Assembly: GCF_006345805.1 (NCBI RefSeq)
Contig: NC_043005.1
Coordinates: forward strand, 58,838,001 to 58,902,000
Direction of reading: 5' to 3'
DNA from: Octopus sinensis
Taxonomy: Eukaryota
DNA length: 64,000 bases
Shown here piece after piece: positions 51,684 through 63,157 of the stretch. The first letter of the stretch is position 1. Every line of letters begins with the position of its first letter. Under the pieces are notes generated by a model. That model was given only the letters and a program-made list of their open reading frames with translations. It did no database searches and had not been told where the DNA came from. The position numbers and the translations under genes are program-made.

Positions 51684-52251
51684 ATATTAATAAATTAGTA
51701 TTACATTTGACAGAGTAATCTAACAGCATGCTAAGAGATTAACCTAAAGTTATCCTAGATTCAGAAAACCAATGATTGCAAAGGTATTCCAGCTATGGCA
51801 GTCTCCTTTTTCTATATCCATTACTCCATTATCCAGTGCACCATTCTGAGTTTTAAGACTGTAGAGATTTGACTGCCATTTCTAGCAAGTTGGGTGATCA
51901 CTTAGAAGATTTTTCATTGATTTGTCATCTTATTGTTGTTGAGGATGACGTTGCTTGTGGATACAACGAGATGGCTATCTCGTTGATTTACAATTTTATA
52001 TCTGTATAGACACTCCAAAGGATGGTTTTTAGAGGAGAGAACAAGATTGAATCTGCTTAAGACATACATTATTTCAATCACACAAACTGTTTTATCGAAT
52101 GGTTATAATATCCAAAACAATGTGCATTACTGCACATTATGTTGCAATAAACTGCAACAAACTGATTCTCTTATTTCAAACAGTGTCTCAAAGAAGAGAT
52201 TAAGTACATTTCATAATATAAAACTAACACTGAAAATTTTTTTTAGCATTA

Positions 52252-52289
<38 letters not shown>

Positions 52290-52786
52290 TATATATATAT
52301 AAAATAAGTGAATAGATAAATAAAATACAAACAAATAAGTAAATTTCTCTTATCTGCTTACATTCATTTCTTATGAACTTTGCTTTCTTGCACATGAATT
52401 TTCCTTGGATTAAATGTGGCAGCACCAATATTTTAAAGGAAAGATTAATATGCAATCTGCTGAAGTAAACATTTCTAAATTCAGGCAATATTCATGCTTT
52501 ACATTTACACATATAGGTGAGAAGGAGGCATAAAAAAACAGCTAATATATGAGGCAAACTATACAAAAATAAAGCTGATGCAAAATCACACTTCGGATAA
52601 TGTAAGATTTTCTTTCATTTAGATAACTTCCATCTGAGTTTCAAGTAATATGATATCCAAAAGTCTAATATATGAATGACTTAGCATGGAAACTTCATAG
52701 CATATGTATGTATGTATGTATGTATGTAGGTAGGTAGGTATATATGTATCTATGTATGCATGCAAGCTTGTATGTATACATTTATC

Positions 52787-52846
<60 letters not shown>

Positions 52847-53272
52847 CATGCAAGCTTGTATGTATACATTTATCTATAAATATATATATATATATATATA
52901 TGTATGCGTGCAAGCTTGCATGTATACATATATATATATAAAACTTGCTTGGAAAAGGATGCGTGGCATTCGCTCATATAATAATATAAATAATATATGC
53001 ATATATACATACATATATGTACATACCTACATATATATACATATGTACATGCATATATGGGTACAGGACATCAAAAAAACGTTGAACACAATGAGAAACG
53101 AAAACATAAAAACAAAAACATAGAAACGAACTTTTTTTCAAACAACAAAAAGAAACAAACAGAGAAACGAGACAAACAACATAAAGAATATTCCCCTTCT
53201 TCAGTTGTCCCTGTTTCAACTACTCCACATCAGGAAGGCAAGGACAAGACACGACTTCGTTGAAACAGTCCT

Positions 53273-53314
<42 letters not shown>

Positions 53315-53852
53315 GTATGTTCTTACTTCTGTGCATGTGATCTCTGTAGGTGAAACTACATGGCCGCAGCCTTCGGGCTAAAACATTTTTAAGGATTTTA
53401 AGGATTTATATAAATTAGAAAAAAACACCTTTTATCAATTCAAAATGAACAATTATATTAAACTGTCTGGAAAATAACATATAATAGAAATATTAAAATA
53501 AAAATAACAATAAAATACCGATGATTAAGTAAATGGCAAAAAAATATAAAATAATAAAAACGTATATAATTGGTTATATATATATATATCATAAACCAAT
53601 TATATAGGTTTTTAATTATTTATTTTTTTGCAATTTACTTAACCATCAGTATTTTATTGTTATTTTAATTTTAATATTTCTATTATATGTAATTTTCTTG
53701 ATGGTGTAATATATTTGTTCATTTTGAATTGATAAAAGGTGTTTTTTTCTAATTTTTATATATATATATATTATATTGTGTGAAATTTGATTTAGTATTT
53801 CTAAATTGAATATTTTCCCTGTAAGTTAGGATTAATTTTCCCTCAAATAATT

Positions 53853-53891
<39 letters not shown>

Positions 53892-54326
53892 TAAATAAAA
53901 TGAAACAACAAAGCCAAGGAAGTGTCAAATTTTTCTAGTCCTAGAAATTTCACACTGATTTGGCTTTGTTGTCTCATTTTATTCAACATGTACATGCAGT
54001 CCTTCCGTAGCACTTACATAGCCTTACCTTCCTTTTGAGTCTTCTGGATACCAAAACCTCACATATTGCTTATATATATATTTATAAATTAAACTCAGGT
54101 GCTATGAGAGGAGGATGTATTTAATTAACCACTTAACGGCCTTAGCTTTATGACCATTTCACAGCCGTCTTCATGGAACAGGTGGGAAATAAAATTATGT
54201 TTACATGTTTGCATTGGTATGCATTCTATGCATTATACATATTCACAAATCAAATCTAATAAATAAACCAACTCATCAGATCACCAGAACATCATGGTTG
54301 CATCAATGATTCAACTTTAAATATAT

Positions 54327-54737
54327 ACTCTTTTACCCTTTTACTCTTTTATTTGTTTCAGTCATTTGACTGTGGCCCTGCTGGAGCATCGCCTTTAGTC
54401 GAGAAATCGACCCCAGGACTTATTCTTTATAAGCCTAGTACTTGTTCTATTGGTGTCTTTTGCCAAACCGCTAAGTTATGGGAACATAAACACACCAGCG
54501 TCGGTTGTCAAGTGATGTTGGGGGGACAAACATAGACACACAAACATATACGCACACATACACATACATATATACGACGGGCTTCTTTCAGTTTTTGTCC
54601 ACCAAATCCACTCACAAGGCTTTGGTCAGTCCAAGGCTATAGTAGAAGACACTTGCCCAAGGTGCTATGCAGTGGGACTGAACCCAGAACCATGTGGTTG
54701 GTAAGCAAGCTACTTACCACCAGCAACTCCTACGCCT
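54327..54737 (-). mobile_element. Family-A SINE
   Basis: Reverse complement of the 51273 copy. Confidence 0.9.
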
Positions 54738-55652
54738 ATATAGGCATAATTTACTCTTTATATATACAATGTATTGAAACCCAAAATTAGGTTGGTTTGG
54801 CCAGTAAAAATAAAGATGTGCTGTTTCATATCAACTAAGGTGCTAGACAGAAGTTCAGGGAGTTGACCATCATTAATGTTAATAAAACAGCGGAAGGGAT
54901 AAAGAGGAAGCAAAGTAATTCAATGAAATATAAGAAAATAAATAGCTTAAAAAGGATAAAAATTACATATATAGAAAATAAAATATACACACAATACAAT
55001 ATAATAGAATAGATATAATATAATATGATATAATGTAAATGGATTAAATGTTGAACAGACAGCAAGAGATATAAAGATTAAACCAAGAAATAGTATTGTG
55101 AAACAGGAAGATTCAAATATAGTTAAGAAGTTCACAAATCACATATAAAATCTTATAAACCTTAAATTTAATCATATTTTCTAATCGCAGCTAGCCAAGT
55201 GAACTGTGGTGAAACCAGAACCATAGTTTCACCTACAGAGAGCACATGCACAGAAGTAAGAACATACTAGAAAAAATGCACAACCACACTCATGCAAATG
55301 TATATTATTCATGTATGTGTATATATATATAAAATATTGTGTTCATTAAAACACATTAAGAGGCTTCCATCATAAGAAAGCCTTGCACTAGAAAGAGCAG
55401 TAAACAACTCAAACCAAGGCTTTCCTATGATGGAAGCCTCTTAATGTGTTTTAAGGTACACGATATTTTAAATGAATAATATATAGTCTATTGACTAATT
55501 TTTTTTTTGTGCTAGGCCACTGGTAATAAAAATTTCTATAATTTTATTACCCTAATATTACTTATATATACATATATATCTTTATATATATATGATTGAT
55601 TGATTGATTGATTCCAGTTTCAGCTCATGAGCTGTGGCCATGCTGGGGCACC

Positions 55653-55683
<31 letters not shown>

Positions 55684-55687
<4 letters not shown>

Positions 55688-56010
55688 TTATATATAAAAC
55701 TGAGAATGTGTGTCTGTCTGTCTGTCTGTGTGTTTCCCTAAAACTTGAGAACTACACAACTAATTCCATTCAAATTTTACACATGCCTTACTTAGGGTGC
55801 GGGGAGTGTCATCGTCAAAAATTTTTAACTTTTTGCCTAGGGCAAGCCCACAGCAATATCATATCTTCTCCACTACGATTCCCTATTCCATTCAAATTTT
55901 ACACATGCCTGATCCACCAGTTCTCATAAAAATTATCTTGCATGAAACTGGTCTGAAGCTCAAAAAAATGTTGGGGTTCATTGCTGTACAATGTAACTGA
56001 AAAATAATAA
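55684..56010 (+). mobile_element. Helitron-like 5' fragment
   Basis: A|TCTTTATATATAAAACTGAG followed by (TGTC)n; no CTAG end found. Confidence 0.45.
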
Positions 56011-56196
56011 TTACAGATCTTAAAAAATTATTTGAGAATTCCTTCTATAGAAAATCCGTAGAGATGACCTTAACATGATTTAAATGCACTGCTAACACAG
56101 TAGTACATTGTATTGACTTCTAAAAACGTTTAATATATTTCGTAGTAAGTTATGGTTGCATAACAAAATACCATATGCCTACAAGTCATATATATA

Positions 56197-56296
56197 TTAT
56201 GGATTGGGTCTGCCCCTCTGGCAAATCCCCAACATGTCATGTAATGTTATGGATTGAGTCTGCCTATCTGGTGAATCTCCAACATGTCATGTAATG
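56197..56296. repeat. Two tandem 50-bp units
   Basis: ttatggattg(g/a)gtctgcc..tctgg..aatc.ccaacatgtcatgtaatg repeated. Confidence 0.85.
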
Positions 56297-56935
56297 TGTG
56301 TACACCTATACACACATACAAGCACATACATAGATACACGCACTCACACACACACACATATATATACATATACGTACTCATATACAAATGAACTAATACA
56401 TACAAAGAATAAAATGAAAATACATACCTATTTAAATATACATACACTTATACAGAAATGGATACATATATATGCATATATACACACATATCAGAATATA
56501 TGCATATATATATATGCACATATATACATATAGATATTCATGCACATACACAAATGCATACATACACATATATATATCTCAATAAAGCAAATGTGTTTGC
56601 AAGCTCAAACGGAACCATGTGAATGTAAGCATATAGCTAATCCATAATGGCAAAAAAGTAAACACTTGTATTAGATTGAATCTGCCAGAGAGATTATGAA
56701 AGCAATTTTACTGACATGTGTACAGTAATAATTAATAATTAATAATAATAAAAATAAAAATAAAATAAATCTAAGGTAGAGGCAATCAGGAGCAAAAAGA
56801 AGTTTTCAGGTGCAGGATTAGAGAACCAAAGTAGTCAATAGATGGCACCAACTTCAATAATTTGTAAAAGATAGTTAAGCTGTAAAATATGAGTGCAATG
56901 GACTGTGAGCTGGCAAAATGCTTAGTGGTATTAAA

Positions 56936-57175
56936 GGCGAGCTGGCAGAAACGTTAGCATGCCGGGCGAAATGCTTAGCGGTATTTCGGCTGCTGTTACG
57001 TTGTGAGTTCAAATTCCACCGAGGTCGACTTTGCCTTTCATCCTTTCGGGGTCGATAAATTAAGTACCAGTTACGCACTGGGGTCGATGTAATCGACTTA
57101 ATACCTATGTCTGTGGTTGTTTGTCTCCTCTATGTTTAGCCCCTTGTGGGTAATAAAGAAATATAAATAGGTATT
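56936..57175 (+). mobile_element. Family-B tRNA-derived SINE (best-preserved copy)
   Basis: GGCGAGCTGGCAGAAACG..GAGTTCAAATTCC B box; a second partial copy follows to ~57330. Confidence 0.85.
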
Positions 57176-58016
57176 AAATCTGTCTTTGTGTTCCGAGTTC
57201 AAATTCTGCCAAGGTTGACTTTGCCTTTCGTCCTTTTGGTGTCGATAAACTAAGTACCAGTTGCATACTGAGGTCGATCTAATCGACTGGCCCTTCCTCA
57301 AAAATTTCAGGCCTTGTGCCTAGAGTAGAAAAAAATACACTGGTGTGTTATATATTATTGGGTAACAAGTAGTTTTTAGAATAGCAGAATGCTTGAATAT
57401 GGTCTAATACATTATCTGTTGCTCAGGTGAGACCAAATTTTGGTTAACCGTAGTTTTGGAAATTATGCAAGTGCATTGATCTAGGTTATAAAGTTTATTA
57501 GTATAGGTGTAATAATTAAGTGTAAGGTTAGTTATAGTTAGCACATAGGAACAATTTTTATTTAAGGTGCTGGCATTTTATAATTAATTTATCAAGTAGA
57601 TTAATGATATTTGGTTTAATTTTATTAATATGGAATTCCTCGGAAATACAGAGCTACATGATTCTCTGAATCCACATCTTATCATCTTATACAACAAATT
57701 TATACATACATACATACATACATACATACATACATACATACATACATACATACATACATACATACATACATACATACACACATACATATATGTATATATA
57801 TGTATCTTAATATACAGGAAACATCAAATAAAATAACTACAGATATTGGTGAAGCATACTGAGCGGTAGAAAAAACTTTGTATACAGAACTCAAAGAACA
57901 TTAAATTAAAATCACCATCTCTGCATCATAATAAATGTATACACTCCATTTGCAAACTTAATACGATGGAGTTGTGTGAGATTAAATCTCTCCATAGACG
58001 TGATGTCTTTCAAGCA

Positions 58017-58029
<13 letters not shown>

Positions 58030-58047
<18 letters not shown>

Positions 58048-58308
58048 TGGAGTGAGATAAGCATTATCACTACAGTGACACATGTAAAATGGCAGACGGG
58101 TCTTACCTTTGTTGAGGCTTATCAATGCTGTGCACTGATTGTCACCTGCTTAAACAAATTTCATATCATGATATATAGGAGACAGTGAATGAAAAAAGAA
58201 TTTCATTTAAGCATATGGCAATCGAGTGCACAGCTATGAGAAGCCTCAACTTACAGTTATGCATGTATACATACCTTCATACATATACATACTTATATGT
58301 ATACATAA

Positions 58309-58352
<44 letters not shown>

Positions 58353-58790
58353 ATATATATATATATACATACATACAAATATATTATATATATATATATA
58401 TACACACATAAATATATATATATACACAAATATACATATACATATATATAATATATATATATATATATGTTTGTGTGTGCATGTATATATATATATAAGT
58501 ATATATATATATATATATTATATATTGGAGTGAGATAAGCATTATCACTACAGTGACACATGTAAAATGGCAGACGGGTCTTACCTTTGTTGAGGCTTAT
58601 CAATGCTGTGCACTGATTGTCACCTGCTTAAACAAATTTCATATCATGATATATAGGAGACAGTGAATGTAAAAAGAATTTCATTTAAGCATATGGCAAT
58701 CGAGTGCACAGCTATGAGAAGCCTCAACTTACAGTTATGCATGTATACATACCTTCATACATATACATACTTATATGTATACATAAATAC

Positions 58791-58838
<48 letters not shown>

Positions 58839-58845
58839 CATACAA

Positions 58846-58876
<31 letters not shown>

Positions 58877-58967
58877 AATATATATATATACACAAATATA
58901 CATATACATATATATAATATATATATATATATATGTTTGTGTGTGCATGTATATATATATATAAGTA

Positions 58968-58990
<23 letters not shown>
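58030..58990. repeat. 478-bp tandem duplication
   Basis: Units starting ~58047 and ~58525; unique parts differ at about one position. Confidence 0.9.
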
Positions 58991-59000
<10 letters not shown>

Positions 59001-59233
59001 GTGTGTGAATATAGCTTAGTCAGCTTCTTTTGATTTCTTCTTTATATCTTTATATATTTCTCTTTCCTTTCATTTTTATACATTTATCATTTGATAGTTG
59101 CCAGATCATTGTCATATTTGTAAACTATTATGATGTATATATGCTTACAGACATACTGTGTATTTATGTATTTGTACATACGTATGTGCACATACACATA
59201 TATGTATACATACACACTCACACACACACACAC

Positions 59234-59302
<69 letters not shown>

Positions 59303-60951
59303 TATTAATTTATATATAGAGGGCATTGTTATACATACATGCCACACGCTAAGAGGGACAAAATTAGTCATTTTGCGTATATATATATATGAGTGTGTGT
59401 GTGTATAGAAAGAGAGAGAGAGAGAAAGAAAGAGGAGAGGGGGAGAGAGAGTGAGAGAGAAAGAGAGTGATGAAATAATGATGAATGGAGAGATAATTGT
59501 CTCTAAAATTTATTTAATTAAAAATCATTTCTTGCATATTAAATTCCAACACATGTTTCCGCTGAATAAGTCCCTTACGGTCCTTTTGATGTTTGATGTG
59601 ATAATTTTGGGCATCTAATTGTCTAATATTAAATCAGTTATAGTATAAAGCTATTACATCAAAGGACCCTAAGACCCTTATTCAGTAGAAACACATGTTA
59701 ACATTTAATATGCTGAAAAGAATTTTAATTAAATAGTCTTTAAAGATGTGCCACTCTCTGTTCTTCTTTATTTTGTCCTGACAAATATGAATTCTACATA
59801 AAATCCTTAAATGCAAACTCAGGATTTATCAATCAAAAGGGGTACAACTTAAAATTGTTTATTCTAAAGTATTCTAAATGTTTCCTTGTATTCAGTTAGC
59901 CAAGTTTGGATTTTAACAGATGCGCTTAAAAATTCCTATTCCATTGCCTCATTATGTATGTATATGTATGTATGTATGTATATCAATCATCATCATCGTC
60001 ATCCAGCATGGGTTGGACAGTTGAAAGGAGCTGGCAACTTAGAAGACTACTCCAGGTTACTGTGTCTGTTTTGGCAGGGTTTTTATAGCTGGGTGCCCTT
60101 TCTAACACCAACCACTCCACAGAGTGGACTATATATATATATATATACATTTAATAGACATTTAATAGAAATTTAATAGACATTTAATATTTAATTTTCA
60201 ATATTTCATTTGTTCAATAAGACAATCAATACTTTATTTCATTTCTTTCTTACTATATATTCTATATCCTATATTAATATTATAAGAATATAAATAAAAC
60301 ATAAAAAAACAGACAGAATTAGAATTCTTTTGAGTAATATATTCTTCTATACACAATCATACTAACCCCTTTGTGTGTATATATATATATAGTTACAGTA
60401 TATTCTGTTAAGAACATAGTAGAGTACAGTATAAAGCTTGTCCACCTTCAGATTTACCCTGTACTATCCAGTAGTAGTATTATACGTACTTCCAGGTTTG
60501 TGTTTGGGCATCTGTTGTGTGTGAATAGATAAGGGAAAATATTTGGAGTTAACAAGAAGGAATACTGTTGGACATTTATTTTTCAATCACTACAATTGTT
60601 TCTATGCAACATACTTTTCCAGGCATATTGGTACTTGATTATGCAACCGTTTGCATAATCAAGTACCTGCATACCTGGAGAACTACATTGTGCAGAAAAA
60701 AATTGTAGTGATTGAAAAATAAATGTCTTCTTGTTGACTCCAAATTTTTTCAATTATACACACACACACACTCACACACACGTATAGATACACACACTGA
60801 AGCATCATCACCATCGTCAACATTTAAGGTCCATTTTCCATGTTGACATAGATTGAATGGCTTGACAGGAACTGGCAAGACCAGGGGGCCTCACCAGGTT
60901 CCATAGTCTGCTTTGCCTTGATTTCTATAGCTGGATGTCTTTCCTAATGCC

Positions 60952-61109
60952 TGGCTGTGTGGTAAGAAGTTTGCTTTCCAACAACATAGTTCTGGGTTCA
61001 GTCCCACTGCGTGGCACCTTGGGCAAGTGTCTTCTGCTATAACCTCAGGCCAACCAAAAGCCTTGTGAGTGGATTTGGTAGATGGAAACTGAAAGAAAAT
61101 CCCATCATA

Positions 61110-61171
<62 letters not shown>

Positions 61172-61177
61172 TATGAT

Positions 61178-61225
<48 letters not shown>

Positions 61226-61232
61226 TATATAC

Positions 61233-61269
<37 letters not shown>

Positions 61270-61950
61270 CATATATATATACATATGTATATATACATAT
61301 GTATATATATATATATATGCATATGGAAATCGATCAATGGAAGTTGCAGATGTGTTACCAGTGCCGGTGGCATGTAAGAGAACCTTCCGTTTTGCGACCG
61401 TTGCCAGCACCGCCCCGTTTCGTGTCCGTTGCCAGCCTCTCCTGGCCCTTGTGCCGGTGGCACATAAAAAGCACCATCCGTTCGTGGCCGTTTGCCAGCT
61501 CTGTCTGGCACCTGTGCGGGTGGCACGTAAAAAGCACCCACTACACTCACGGAGTGGTTGGCGTTAGGAAGGGCATCCAGCCGTAGAAACACTGCCAGAT
61601 TTGACTGGGCCTGATGAAGCCTTCTGGCTTCACAGACCCCAGTAGAACCGTCCAACCCATGCTAGCATGGAAAACGGACGCTAAACGACGATGATGATGA
61701 TGATGATATATATATATATATATATAGGTGTATATTTGTGTGTGTGTCTGTGTTTGTCCCTACTACCATCACTTGACAGCTGATGTTGGTGTGTTTATGT
61801 ACCCATAACTTAACAGTTCAGCAAAAGTGATAGAATAAGTACTAGGCTTACAGAGAATAAGTCCTGGGGTCAGTTTATTCGACTAAACCCCCATAAAGTT
61901 GCCCTCCAGCATGGCTGCAGTCAAATGTCTGAAACAAGTAAAAGAATAAA
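60952..61950 (+). mobile_element. Family-A SINE whose (TA)n hosts an RTE 3' UTR (61345-61707)
   Basis: Head 60952-61110, RTE UTR ending GGACGCTAAACGACGATGATGAT, SINE tail 61730-61950. Confidence 0.85.
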
Positions 61951-63157
61951 AGAATCACTCAACTACAGTACTAGTTGAATAATACTCTTAAGGCCGCAAA
62001 AAACTCACATACTGCATCTTTTGGGCTTGTTGCTAATTTAATTCATAACCAAATTGAAAACTGTTAACATTTTTGTAGAGGACTGGTCCCTAGCTACATT
62101 TTGGCATTAAAAAATTGAGATTTGATCCTGTAGAAAAAGTTTATATCAAAATTTATAGCAACATTATAGGAGAGTAAGTAATACCACCAATCGAGTTTAG
62201 ATCTAAATAACTTTTTTTTTATATAAGCAAAATATATTCATCTTAGCTTGAATGATAGAAGAAAGCATAAAGAATTTCATAGTTTTGTTCCCATGCAACA
62301 AAAATTTGTATCAAAAAGTTGTGAGGTAAAATATCACCAGAAAAATATAAGGCAAAAACTGGATTTAAGTATAATTAACTTTGTTATTTTAAAAACACAC
62401 TATATTTTAATTAAATGATAGATTTAATTAAATGATAGAGCTCAATTCAAAGAATTTCATGGTATCAATCTCATGCAATGAAGTTTAAAAACAAAAAAGT
62501 TATGAGCGTTTGTTTCTGAAATTTGAGGGTGATAATATAGTGCTATACTTTTTCATGAATACAGTTCTATAAGGGTGCTTTTAATATATGTTACCGGTGT
62601 CATTGAGGTTAGGGAAAATTATCAATGACACCGTGAATTGAAACATTTGACACATTATTTATTAGCATAATAGCATAGCTTGAAAAAAACATGGATTACG
62701 TGGGAAAATGCAAGCAAGAGAAATAACATTCTTAAGATTATAAACTTGGAAAATTACAGGACATCTTATTACACTTAGAAAAGTTCAGGACATCTTATTA
62801 CATCTGGTAAAGTACAGAACAAAAACATTTTTACTTACAATATTGCAGCTAAGGATAAAATTTGAATATTTAAAATTATTTGATTTTAATTTACAAGGTA
62901 ACATTATAATTAACAAAATACCCTCATTTTGTTAAAATATTGACACACAAGAGTACTTAATAAATGAGAGCCAGAAGTATCAATATAGCTAAAGTTTTAT
63001 GCAATGTAGAATAGTATATATGGTAGGCAGATTCATTATGTAAAAAATAGGCATTGGCTCAAGACTAAAAATGTGAAGACTTGGCAATAACTTAGGCAAT
63101 AACTCAAGCAAATTTTACTATGAATTTGTTGTTATAGGTAGATTTTACTGCAATATA

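Noticed and set aside
27931-57000. tRNA genes
   Set aside because: All A/B-box segments are SINE heads continuing into SINE bodies; none forms a full cloverleaf with terminator.
57840-57900. IGEAY*AVEKTLYTELKEH as a GIY-YIG remnant
   Set aside because: Too short and no supporting upstream motif.
1722-61655. Dozens of ORFs rich in YI, MC/VC, HT, poly-N/I/L
   Set aside because: Translations of (TA)n, (TG)n, (TATC)n and (AAT)n tracts or of SINE bodies; the same peptides recur in every SINE copy.
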